Shown: in pieces, positions 11,110 through 23,441 of the stretch | Layout: every line of letters begins with the position of its first letter | Numbering within the stretch: the stretch's first letter is position 1 | Source: Haliotis rufescens | Taxonomy: Eukaryota | Direction of reading: 5' to 3' | Length of the DNA: 64,000 nucleotides | Assembly (NCBI RefSeq): GCF_023055435.1 | Contig: NW_025963791.1 | Location: 7,440,001-7,504,000, forward strand | Notes under the pieces: model-generated | The model's database searches: none | The model's input: the letters and a program-made list of their open reading frames with translations, nothing else | Told to the model about the DNA's origin: nothing | Translations under genes and position numbers: made by a program

Positions 11110-11639
11110 ACGTTTGATCAATGTGTTTGATGCAATCTATCTGACATATGGCCATACCGAGATGATGCACATATTTCTTTCCCTGGTAGATAGTTTATCT
11201 TTCGCTAGATGTGATATCCTACATAGTGACAGTTTGCAGGAGATTGCTTAACATGCTTCAAGTGCAAGTCTCGTGGGTCTCGCTTTGCAGAATTGGATAG
11301 ATCATAACATTGTTAATGAAAATATCACATTCAAAACATAGAAAGCAGAGAGTAAATAAAGTCAATTTGCACTTCAGTCCTGCCTATCAATTGTTCAAAG
11401 ATTGAAACAAATGTACAGCAGAACCTGAAGACACATTAAATCATCCCCAAACAAAAAGCAATCTGTCACTTACTATGGATTAAAACAGGTTGCCAGTGTT
11501 TGATGCACTGAAGAATTTCAACAGTCAGGCCAGCTCCCAGTCTGGTTGTATTTGCCTTGGATTTCTCTTAATAGCATTAATGGGTTTCTTCTGTCTGCTC
11601 ATTTGTTTGATTACTGTGTCCACAACTTATGTCAAGTTC

Positions 11640-12247
11640 CAATCTCATTAAAATCAGATCTTAGTTCTCACTATCGCTGAACAAAGATCTGAGGACATCC
11701 CATTGCGGATCACGTCAGAACGACCTTTCATCCGACCAATCAAGGCGTCCCTTACCAGATCATGAAAATGACAGTCGGAATGCATTTTCTTATAAATGCA
11801 ACCTCGAAAACGTTAACATGGGGAATTCCAAATGTCAGTTAAGGCCCATACGACTGATTCCGTCAAAATCATCATCTATCTCTCGCTTCCATGGGATAAA
11901 CATTTGAACGGAAGAGGCGTTGCATGGTATGTGGGAAGCACTGCCATACAATCTCAACCATATATTAGATATTCCGGAATGTTCGTTTGTTCAGTTTTCA
12001 AAATTTTAATCGAGAAATGTGTCAACATATTTTTCAAGCGTAGTCTGAAATGGATGTCGCCAGGTTGAAACAGGTTCTGTAAAGCTCGAGAAAGCTGCTT
12101 TCTAATTGGCTGATGTCGACTTCTTGTTAGTCATTTTAGAAGTCGGTCAAAGTTCGCCAAAGGTCGTTCTCACATGACCCGTAATGGGATGTCCTCAGAT
12201 CTTTGTTTAGCGGCAGAGAGAACTTTGATCTGATTTTAAGGAGATAG
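11640..12247. mobile_element. MITE of the same family, opposite orientation, 9-bp TSD
   Basis: Same TIRs; TSD GTCAAGTTC at 11631-11639 and 12248-12256. Confidence 0.9.
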
Positions 12248-12587
12248 GTCAAGTTCTGCCTTATTAGTTGTGTCATTATAGCTGTTAAGCATCACAAGAT
12301 CACACATAGTAGATAGACGCTGCCAACCAATCTACATATCAACCAATCTACATATCAGCCAATGACAACAATTGCCATGCACCCATGCACCGATAGCTTT
12401 AGGCCACGCCCCTAAATAGTTTTGTTTGGGAATCTGAATACGGAGTTCTGTAATGTTATGACTTTTTCTTAAAATATACTTGCGACGTATTTGCGACACC
12501 CTGCAACTGCAGTGGGGTTAATCGATAGCCGGTGCGAATCAGGCATTGTGAAGATGGTTAAGGATGTATGCTGGTATGACTTGTAAT

Positions 12588-12748
12588 TGTAGCGGCCACA
12601 AAATTTCCAAGTCCCGTGATGGGATTCGAACCACGGACCTTCCGATCAGAGGTCGGACACCTTGTCCACATGACCATAGAGGTTAACCCCGTCAGCAAGC
12701 TGACAAGGTAAGGATGTCATCTGTAGGATGACTCCACACCCTGCTACA
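12588..12748 (-). mobile_element. Solo LTR of the tRNA-containing TRIM
   Basis: 161 bp, TGTAGC...GCTACA, near-identical to 21504-21664, TSD TAAT on both sides. Confidence 0.92.
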
Positions 12749-13031
12749 TAATCATAACTTCGTGTGTGAGGGTGTTCCGACGACATAACAAAAGTCAAAG
12801 GTGACACAACATAATAATATTTTAAATCGTAAAATACTATTAGTCATACTGTAAGGCAAAACTGTAACCAAGGTAACACAGCGAATGATTTGCCTACATG
12901 CATCTACAGTAAAGTAAGAATTCAGTGCAGTGGTCATCAAGTACCCCAAGCACAATAACATGCACACTGTCACCTATTATTTTCATTTTGAAAATTAAAT
13001 AAAAAGATAGATTTTAGAAATACTATTTTAG

Positions 13032-13800
13032 AACAAGAGTCATCAGAAAATGACAAATCACCCTGTCCCCACAAATCATCTGTCTCTTACAGTAAGTCCA
13101 ACTTGAAGAGAGAATTTCTATCTACTCTGTCTTTCCGTATACAAGAGTTAAAGTTAGAGTTATTGAGCTATAATAATAATACCATGGAATTGGGATTTAT
13201 AGCATTGTATTTCTATGTCAGGTACACCCCAATATGAACAGTCACTGTCAAATTTGTTGTCGTGGAAACGGGGATTTTTTTTTAGAAAAATCCCTAAATC
13301 ATGTAAATAGCAAAAGGCACCAGTTGCCAACTTGGAAGTGAGTGTGTAAAGTTTCATGATAGAATACCTTTCAGTTTCAAAGATCAGGTCCGGACTAACA
13401 CACCACTGTGAACAGAGTCAAAGTCAATTTGTGGCCATGGAAACGGAAAAAATAAAAATTCTATCAAATAGCAAAAGGCACCACTTTATCCCCTTATTAA
13501 TACACATACAGGTACCAAGTTTGGGTGAAAAATCTTGAATAGTTTTTTAGTTCTGTTCCGGAAACAACACCAACCTCTGTTTCAGCTATGTCTAACTTGT
13601 TTCCATGGAGCCAGGGAAAAATAAAAGTTTGAAAAAGGTGCCACTTCAGCTCCTCGTTAAAACATGTACTAAGTTGGTTGGAAAATCTTTCACGGTTTTC
13701 AATTTATGCTCTGGAAATTAAATACAGATGGACAGACAGACAGACAGATAGACCAGATAATGACTAGATCCCCTCAATTATATGCCGGGGAATAGAAAAA
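13032..13800 (+). mobile_element. Non-autonomous Helentron/HINE (pearl/DINE-like) element
   Basis: AACAAGAG start, degenerate internal repeats (AAATAGCAAAAGGC), (GACA)n microsatellite, short terminal TCCCC...GGGGA palindrome, A-rich end. Confidence 0.55.
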
Positions 13801-14699
13801 TTAAAAACTCTTAATAAAACCTGTGGACATCTTTAGGCATGGTTTGATGCATGCTAAATTTGGTGAGTAGTATGTGGTGTTGGAAACATCTGCTAACCTG
13901 CTATCCTGTGGCCATTAATATTTCAGAAGGACCAGTAATTGTTCAAGCCTCATGTGTATTAAAATAATGACAACCTACATCACAGGAATTTTGCTAAATT
14001 TTGTAGCAGATTCCTGTCCTTAGACACCGGACGACCCATGTCCGCTCCTCCTCCTGATCAAACCGAGATTTTCCCCTTCTGCAGTTTTTTACTCCTTTTC
14101 AACCTTTTTTAACATTGTCAAGATTAACTTAATGTACAAGACAGTTATCTCTTCAAACTATTCTGTTCTTTACAATATGAATTCAAACTCTTAGTTATAT
14201 TGTCACAAATAACAAAGTATTTGTTGCGAAAAGAGTAATGATAGACAAAAAACAACAAGCATGGGACATTTCACTGATACAGGAAAGTTAAAACATACCT
14301 GAACATGACATAATGCTATATCCTCCTTGCTGACATCCATCTATGGTTATTGTCATTAGATGATCACAATACAGTCATACAAGCTCCTAATCCCATTTGT
14401 CAGTCACACGGACAATAAACTCAACAAATATGAAGTTGATACATTGAAGCAAGCAGTACTGTTATTATCCTATGTTCAACAGATACAGCTGTAAGCTATG
14501 CTGCGCTACTTTCTACAGTTCTATCCCTTGCATTAAACTTTATATGGTGTTATTGATTACCATGATCACTATCATGGTAATAGTTCACCAGATATTTGCA
14601 TGGTTAGAAGTAGTTCGTGGGGAGTCCTGTTTTATGCCAGTCAGCAATATTCAAGCCTCTGTAAATCCTTGATCAAAGCCTGTTTTGAACAATCATCTG

Positions 14700-15590
14700 C
14701 TTTGAATAAATGTCTGCCTTCAAGAATGCCTGTCTTCAATAAGTGTCTGCCTTGAATAAGTGTCTACCTTGAATAAGTGTCTACCTTGAATAAGTGTCTG
14801 CCTTGAATAAGTGTCTACCTTAAATAAGTGCCTGCCCTCAATAAACATATGCCTTTAATAAGAATTTGCCTTGAATAAGTGTCTGCCCTCAATAAGTGCC
14901 TGCCCTCAATAAACATATGCCATGAATAAATGTCTATGTTGAATAAATGTCTGCCTTGAATATGTGTCAACCTAGAATAAGTGTCTGCTCTCAATACACA
15001 TAGGCCATGAATAAATGTCTACATTGAGTAAGTGTCTGCCTTGATGAGTGTGTGCCTTGAACATGTGTCAACCTTGAATAAGTGCCTGCCCTCAATAAAC
15101 ATATGCCTTGAATCAGTGTCTACCTTGAATGAGTGTCTACATTGAATAAGTGTCTGCCTTGAAAAAGTGTCTGCCTTGAATAAGTGTCTGCCTTGAATAA
15201 GTGTCTACCTTGAATAAGTGTCTACCTTGAATAAGTGTCTACATTGAAAGCATGTCTGCCTTGAATAAGTGTCTGCCCTCAATAAGTGCCTGCCCTCAAT
15301 AAACATTTGCCTTTGATAAGGGTCTGCCATGAATAAATGTCTGCCTTGAATAAGTGTCTACCTTGAATAAGTGTCTGCCTTGAATAAGTGTCTGCCCACA
15401 ATAAGCATATGCCTTTGATAAGTGTCTGTCTTAAATAAGTGCCTGTCTTCAATAAGTGTCTGCCTTGATGAGTGTCTGCCTTGAATAAGTGTCTACCTTG
15501 AATAAATGTCTGCCTTGAATAAGTGTCTGCCTTGAATAAATGTCTGCCTTGAATAAGTGTCTACATTGAAAGTGTGTCTACCTTGAGTAA
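14700..15590. repeat. 17-bp minisatellite (TTGAATAAGTGTCTGCC)n
   Basis: About 50 degenerate tandem units. Confidence 0.95.
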
Positions 15591-17508
15591 GTAAACAATG
15601 GAGTCATGGCCAGGAAAACCTGTGGCTGAAAGCATCTGCAACGATCCATGGTGTCGGCAGAGACCATATAATATTATATGGTCTCTGGTGTCGGATACAA
15701 TGACAAGTCAGCCAGGTCACACATTGTGACCACCCAATCCTCATTCTACACACTTCCTATGATAAGCATGGTGCGCTGGGGACCTATTCTGACCAGGAAT
15801 CCACAAACAGCAGAGCAAAACTTAGGATACATCCACACATTAAATACTGTATCTGCCCTATGAAGCTGTGACCCTTCTCCAATAAGCACCCCCTGACCCA
15901 ACTTCTAGACCAATCTGTAAGTCTTTTTCATATATTTATACAATGTTTACATGACAGTCAACATTTTCTTGTGTATTCAACTGAAAAAAGCAGCGTGGTA
16001 GGGTACACAATTGCCTCGAAACTATTACCATGGTAACCCAAAAAATATTAGTTTCATTAACGTTTGAACTAAGTTTGTTCACTAACACTCGATAACTTAC
16101 AAAAGATGCAAATTGTTGTGTATGGATTAAATTTCCTAAATTTTCAAGCTCCCTAGGTGCTTATTATGGAGAATATGTTAATCACAATAATGAATGTTAT
16201 CAATCATAATATGTTATGCGAAATGAACATGGTGAACGAGGTCATAATTTTCATATTATCTGTAACATTGTCCACACTTGAGTACACAAACCATAACCTT
16301 AAAGTGCTTTTGCATACACATGACTATAATACTGGTTTCTGAACAAGCAAATGTGTGCTACAAGTGTATAAATAGTTGCTTCAAACAAAGGCTATATTGT
16401 TTCATATCTCTTGTTTCTAGATAATGTTGTACAAAGGAATAAAAGGTTTCTATTGATATTTGGCCAACTGTTGTACAGAATGATCCAGCATTGTTCAAGG
16501 TAGAGATTTCAGCATTGTCCGGTCTGATAAGGATGTGCATTAAATTTGGAAACCATGCAAGTGTTCAAAAAGTGATGCGAAAAGTGTAATGCCCAAATTG
16601 TAATCATACTCTTCAAGATACTACAACAACAAATATAAAAAAAAAGAACCCTTTCTTCAACAGTCAATTTTACCGGTAATTTCTGTTAGTGTTGACTGAG
16701 TGTGAACCATGGTAACATGTTTGATAAATGGTTGAACATTTCAAATAATTGTTGCTTAATACCAACATTGTTTCTCACAATCAGTTGTTACTGACACCAT
16801 TCATTGTTGATTGTTTGTTATTTAACACTGCACTCAGCAATATTCCAGCTATATGACAGGGTCTGTAAATAATCGAGTCTGGATCAGACTATTATTATTC
16901 CACTGCGAATATTTAAAAATATTAGCATTAGTATCAACTAAAATATACATTAGGATTTATATTTCTGTTCATTGTCTACTCTAGGAGAAAATACATTTAT
17001 ATTTATGTATTTCAGTTCATTGTCAACTTTAGGATGAATTATTTGCGAGAACAATTATAGCTAAGGCATGTTTACCACGATCAGCTGTTCATTTTGTTGA
17101 CCTGCAGGGAACAAACAATTTCTAGGTCTTCGACAATGTCTGTTAAGATCCTAAATTAATATATTCAGAGCGATGACATGAAATGGCGGCAGTTATGAAT
17201 GGTGTTACAGTTTGTTGGCCAAAAATATATTATTTACAATACAGTGCGTTCGTCAATTTCACTGTCTTGTAGTGTCTGTAATGTGTACTGTATCAAAGAC
17301 CGGGTCTCTGACCGTATCAAATGAAATCTTATCAATATGGCTTTTTTAATTAATTAGAAGTTACAGTTCGTTATACATTGATTTTTGCTCCAGGTTCACC
17401 CTTTTGTTTAAATTAGCAACAATTAAGTCATTTATTTTCTGCACAAGACGGCATGTTTTCCATGTGCAGCAGCCAGAAAATGTTTATGAGTAACCTGAAG
17501 TTGAAAAG

Positions 17509-17768
17509 TGAGTGAGTGAGTTGGGTTTTACGCCGCTTTTAACAGTATTCCAGTTATATCACGGCGTGTCAGCTTAATGTGGGAGGAAAGCCCGAAGTGA
17601 TGCAGGTCTCAGACGTTTACCACTTCGGTGAAACCCACGAGCACGGGTATGGTGCTGACAAACCTAGAAACATAATCGGGGTGAACCGGGATTCGAACCC
17701 ACAATCATAGGTTTCTGGCGTGTCCAGGGCATGCAACGCGCCTTAGACGACTGGGCCACCCGTGCCCC
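17509..17768 (-). mobile_element. tRNA-derived SINE, family C, full length
   Basis: A-box TGGCCCAGTCG, B-box GTTCGAATCC, (ACTC)n tail, TSD CCTGAAGTTGAAAAG (17494-17508, 17767-17781). Partial copies ~19000-19150, ~33290-33460, ~36095-36270, ~37210-37370, ~56535-56654. Confidence 0.9.
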
Positions 17769-20700
17769 TGAAGTTGAAAAGACTATTGACATTCACAATG
17801 TTTATGAGTTACATTTCAATGATTAAGTCACAGTTTTCAATAAATACATGTATGGACAAATCTGGAAGCAAACATATCACCAACTTGCTGTTTGGCCACT
17901 AGAAATAGTTCAAAATTCATTTGTAATTCATGCATGTTGGCCATTCTTGCAAGAGGGTATACGTTCATGAAAACCAGTGCTGTCTTATCTTAAGTCCAGG
18001 CGAATCTCATCTAAAATATGATCATTTGTGATCTGAAATTTGTATATTCTTATGGAGAAAGAGTTGTATGCATATTTATTAATGTTTGGTTTTGTCATTC
18101 CAAAATCGAAATTTGCTTGTGTTTTGAAACTTTACCCATGATTGCATTTTTTCTCTTGATTTCTGCACGGATGCACATACATATATGTCTTTATTTTCTG
18201 CTAGGATTTAAGTGACAAAAAAATATGGCTAATGACTTAGCAGAATACAAATTGACAATCAGGTATTAAAAAATGTAGTGCAAAGCTCCATGCAGTGCTA
18301 TAGGAATCATTAAAGCACAGTAAGAGATGGCATGTAGTGTTGCGAGTGTTTCGATTGACAACTTTTAATTGAAGAAACTATTGAGTAAGTTTTTTATTGA
18401 CAGTTTTAGATACAGTAGATCAGGGTTCACTCAAGGAATTTTCTGACATGGGCCCTTCATGTGAAAATTTCAAATATTCCCAAGGTACAGCACAATGTTA
18501 AAATGCCCATTGTATTTGAAAATGTGGGCCTAGAATTCTCCCTGGTAGATAATTTTATTCAAGCAATATGACTTTTCAATGTTAGTAGGTGAAAATGAGA
18601 GTGTCAATGCAGATAAAACTATTGAAAGATGTATGCTATTTTCAATCGCGTTGAATTAATGTTGATGCAATATCTATGACAACTATGCGAGAATAAAGCA
18701 GAATCGCAGCCTAAGTCAACCCCGGACTGTCCAATGATGGATATCCACTCACTGACAGGTGATAACAATACCTCACTGATGCAAATGTGTCCATAACAGA
18801 CTGGAGACATAACAGCTGGATAATCAAGGATGTTCATCCCTGGAATTGCCACTAAACCCTAGTGGATACTGGGAAACTGATGAAGTAGAAATAACAGCCA
18901 TTTGTCAGAACATCAACACGTTTATCAAGACACAGTAACTAATAAAAGTGGCACAGGTGGATGTGTGGCCAGCAGGGTCTAAGGTGTCATGATTCTCTAT
19001 GAAGAGTTGCCTCCCTTAGGCATGTCTCAACCCCATGATTTTGGGTTCAAATCCCAAACTCAACCTGACTATGTTTCTAGGTTTGTCGTCTTCAAACCAC
19101 ACTTGTGGGTTTCACCAAAGAGGTAACTGTCCAAGATCTGCATCACTTTATGATAAAGAAACTGTTCAAGACATCTATACATAAACTGCCCATTGATATA
19201 AGTCACATGAAGCATGAATCTTTGGCAGGCCTTATTTGGTGCATTTCATAAGGTAAGGATACAAAGGAACACACATCTCAATTTCTTCAACTGTCAATTC
19301 TTTGGAAGTCTGTCTCACAGTTCCTGAATCATATTATATTCCCTTTCAACCAACCCATACTGTCGCGCTATAGCACTAAATGAAGCAAGTCTAGATTTTC
19401 CACAGGTTCAGGATCTGAACCTCCCATCTCACAGGGGCTCCTTTTCAGTTGAATGGAGTTGCTTGTTTCTATCAAAATTTTATGTTTTCAGAGACTAAGC
19501 ATTAGTCCAATACTTTGGGGCAATAGAAAGATGTGATGCAGGCTGTTTTGTAGTGAAGCATGCAGGAATAAAAACCTAATAATTAATTTTATCATAGTCA
19601 TAAGATACATCTACTCTGAATATAAAATGCTGTGAATGTTTCATAACCAATCTCTGACAAAGAGAACATAGTTCAAATGAAATTATATTTGCTTCAACTA
19701 AATAAACACTGATTGGCGTATAGTCAAGGTATTGACATGGTGATTCTAAAACGCTGCAGCTGTTGCTGAGGGCAGCATCACATGCCTTATTGTTACGCTG
19801 TGCGAATGATATCGCACATCACGTGTGGGGAATCAATCACTCATCTCTACAACATCGGCAAACACCTGTTACTTTGATCACATTAGACCCGAAGCAGCCT
19901 GTCTCATCTCTGTAGCACTATGCTGATGTGGGAAAATGTTGATATTCTGTTTTGTGACATAAGGACCTGCGTCTGCTCTTCTCTAACCAGGGATAAAAAT
20001 GTTTCCATTTTCAAGTGTGCCACAGGCTTTCATTAAGATGTTTAGTGTGCCCTTTGGAAGTTAAGAGTATATATTATGATCACATTTTGTAATCATCATA
20101 TTTGCAGAAATAATAACATTATGATAACTGTATTCATTGTAATGTTGTTTATAGATTTTCCATGCTAAAATACATTTGCATGGACAAACAAATATCCCAA
20201 AACTAGTTCCCCTTTAAAGATATCTGTGGGTGTTTTGTAATCACTGCATGACTCCATGTTTCTGTTGTTTAACAAATGATGGCGGCCTGTAAATAATCGA
20301 GTAAGTTAGTGAGTATGGTTTTACACCACTTTTAGCAATATTCCAGGAATATCACAGCGAGAGACACCAGAAATGGGCTTCACACATTGTACCCATGTCG
20401 AGAATCGAACCTGGGTCTTCGGCGTGACGAGTGAACGCTTTAACCACTAGGCTACCCGACTGCTCCTGTAAATAATCGAGTCTGGACCTGCGAAACCAGT
20501 GGTCATTACTGTGAGCAATATTCCACAATGGAGGGTAGGATGACATGCCGTCATCCTAGTCACTGAGTCTGACCACCTGATCCATTCGGTCACCTCATAT
20601 GACCAGTATAGGTTGCTGGGGACCTAATTTAACCCAGTATTCCTGTGTGCGCTATTATTATCATAAAGTAGTATTAAGAACACTAAACACAAATAACCTA

Positions 20701-21503
20701 TCTTTTCACAACTGATACACAGAAAAGTGTTTTAACTGTATATTTTAAGTCATTAAGTTGCAGACAAAGCATCAAAGACAGCATCATATATTACAAAAAG
20801 TACATTGAAATTCGATCTTAGGACTAGTCATGTATTTCTCATGGAATTTCCCGAAGTGAATGAAAGTACGCCTGCAACGTCCATTAACTAAAGCTTTCAA
20901 GACTAATCTGCCAACAGCTATTACTTTTAGTACTACATGTGGTTAAGCTGTTGGTAGGGCCAGAGACTCTTCATTTTCAGACTGAAACTGCAGTACTCTA
21001 GACTTGCAGACTATTACAGACTTGCATGGGCTGTATTGGGTATATTTGTTTCAGGGTCTGTATGACAGACTAGTAGGCTTGATGTGAAATGTTCACATTA
21101 AACCCACTAAAAGCATCGCTACCAACCAGACTTTGCACACAAACAGTAATTACTACTGTTAAAGAGACCTCAATGAGTGAGACTGACATGTCCGAAGTAG
21201 TTGCAAGGGTGACCTGAGACAGTGTCCTGCACATGTCCTGCACATGGCTGCCAGTTGTGCATATTGTGCACGTCTTGCCTGCAAAGGCAAACTCCCTGTC
21301 AAAAATATTAAAATCTTCCCACGCCAACCTAGCGCCTACAAATGTGCCCCTGCACATCTTCAACATGATCAGCACATCTGAGTTTCTCTGTAACTTAAGA
21401 GGTGGTTGGATAGCCTATAATGGTTACAGTATTAGAAGAACCTGGTTCGATTCCCCACCCCAGTGTACAATGACTTAAGCTCATCTTGTCTGTGCTATGA
21501 TAT

Positions 21504-21930
21504 TGTAGCGGCCATAAAATTTCCGAGTCCCGTGATGGGATTCGAACCACGGACCTTCTGATCCGAGGTCGGACGCCTTGTCCACATGACCAAAGAGGTT
21601 AACCCCGTCAGCAAGCCGACAAGGTAAGGATGTCATCTGTGGGATGACTCCATGCCCTGCTACACACTCCCTCGTCAACTGAAGGCATGTCCCGGCCGCA
21701 TAGAAGGGTACTGAGGCTTATTTTGCTCAAATTTAAAATGAACGTGCTCAGCCCCACGTTGGGCGCCAATGTAGTGGCCATAAAATTTCCGAGTCTGGAG
21801 ATGGGATTCGAACCACGGACCTTCTGATGCGAGGTCGGACGCCTTGTCCACATGACCAAAGAGGTTAACCCCGTCAGCAAGCCGACAAGGTAAGGATGTC
21901 ATCTGTGGGACGACTCCACACCCTGCTACA
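21504..21930 (-). mobile_element. TRIM (miniature non-autonomous LTR element) with tRNA-Arg-derived LTRs, Helenus-like
   Basis: LTRs 21504-21664 and 21770-21930 (161 bp, TG..CA); 105-bp interior; PBS TGGCGCCCAACGTGGGGC (tRNA-Lys) at 21751-21768; purine tract GAGGGAGTG before the 3' LTR; TSD ATAT. Confidence 0.95.
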
Positions 21931-21959
21931 ATATAATGGAATAAACGCGAAAAGCATTG

Positions 21960-22817
21960 TAACATGAGTAAAGTTTCCCACGGTAGTAACAAGAGTAAAG
22001 TTTACCAGGGTAGTTACATGAGTAAAGTTTACCAGGGTAGTTACATGAGTAAAGTTTACCAGGGTAGTAACATGAGTAAAGTTTACCAGGGTAGTTACAT
22101 GAGTAAAGTCTACCACGGTAGTTACATGAGTAAAGTTTACCACGGTAGTTACATGAGTAAAGTTTACCACGGTAGTTACATGAGTAAAGTTTACCAGGGT
22201 AGTAACATGAGTAAAGTTTACCAGGGTAGTAACATGAGTAAAGTTTAGCAGGGTAGTAACATGAGTAAAGTTTACCAGGGTAGTTACATGAGTAAAGTCT
22301 ACCACGGTAGTTACATGAGTAAAGTGTACCAGGGTAGTTACATGAGTAAAGTCTACCACGGTAGTTACATGAGTAAAGTTTACCAGGGTAGTTACATGAG
22401 TAAAGTTTACCAGGGTAGTTACATGAGTAAAGTTTACCAGGGTAGTAACATGAGTAAATTTTACCACGGTAGTAACATGAGTAAAGTCTACCACGGTAGT
22501 TACATGAGTAAAGTTTACCAGGGTAGTTACATGAGTAAAGTCTACCACGGTAGTTACATGAGTAAAGTTTACCAGGGTAGTAACATGAGTAAAGTTTACC
22601 AGGGTAGTTACATGAGTAAAGTTTACCAGGGTAGTAACATGAGTAAAGTTTACCAGGGTAGTTACATGAGTAAAGTCTACCACGGTAGTTACATGAGTAA
22701 AGTTTACCAGGGTAGTTACATGAGTAAAGTTTACCAGGGTAGTTACATGAGTAAAGTTTAGCAGGGTAGTAACATGAGTAAATTTTACCACGGTAGTAAC
22801 ATGAGTAAAGTTTACCC
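21960..22817. repeat. 27-bp minisatellite (CATGAGTAAAGTTTACCAGGGTAGTTA)n
   Basis: About 32 highly homogeneous units with a few toggling variant sites; no spacers. Confidence 0.97.
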
Positions 22818-23297
22818 TGTTCACACAAACACTGATAACTGATTGGTTATGGGGGATAATACGTGTCTACTTTGATGAAACACACTCCTGTCAAAAACTG
22901 TATGCATATTGTATATCAACCGTGTCAATCGCTGATAATAACTGAAAAATCTTCAAAGAAAATAAATAGATATATCTTCAATGGGAATATCTATTTTCGA
23001 ATATATGCTAAATGTCATTAACTGAGGAGTAAATTTTCCATGTCATTTACATCGAAATGTATCGATTGACGTTGTGACACACTGACATGACACTGTGTGC
23101 CACCCCCAGTTGTGTAAAGACGTGTCGCTGAAATAAAAATGAAACTGCACTGGTTATTTAGGTGGTAATCAACAATTCAAACAAATTGATAAATTGACTT
23201 ACATGTGTGGCAAACATTGCTTCTGTGTTTAAGATCCATTCGTACAAATATCTGGGACATCTTTACCGCAATCAGATTGACCCCGCGGTTCGGTCTA

Positions 23298-23318
23298 GTC
23301 ACATGAGAGTCATGTGAC
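23298..23318. promoter_or_regulatory. Inverted pair of M-box/CLEAR-like sites in the SGSH promoter
   Basis: GTCACATGA-GAG-TCATGTGAC, about 125 bp upstream of the ATG of a lysosomal enzyme gene; YY1-like CAACATGGAGG follows. Confidence 0.7.
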
Positions 23319-23441
23319 CTAGTACAACATGGAGGAAATGGGAGTTCGGACTTCGTACTTCCCTCCTTCTCGTGCGCTATGCATGGTTTCTGTTCTTGAC
23401 ACAATTATGTGCGTGTGGACGGATTAGATAAAGACGTCAAA

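Noticed and set aside
11158-11423. Possible minus-strand exon bounded by AG and GT
   Set aside because: No convincing reading frame; could be UTR of the divergent gene but is unsupported.
18870-18895. Hammerhead-like CTGATGA...GAAA
   Set aside because: No stem II pairing or flanking stems; similar hit near 10113 also fails.
21525-21600. Functional tRNA-Arg gene
   Set aside because: Acceptor stem not intact and the sequence is embedded in an LTR; SINE heads were rejected as tRNA genes for the same kind of reason.
21874-22828. Long ORFs on both strands (NFTHVTTLV, YSCNYPGKL and MSKVYQGSY repeats)
   Set aside because: By-products of a stop-poor 27-bp minisatellite; no unique coding flanks or splice context.
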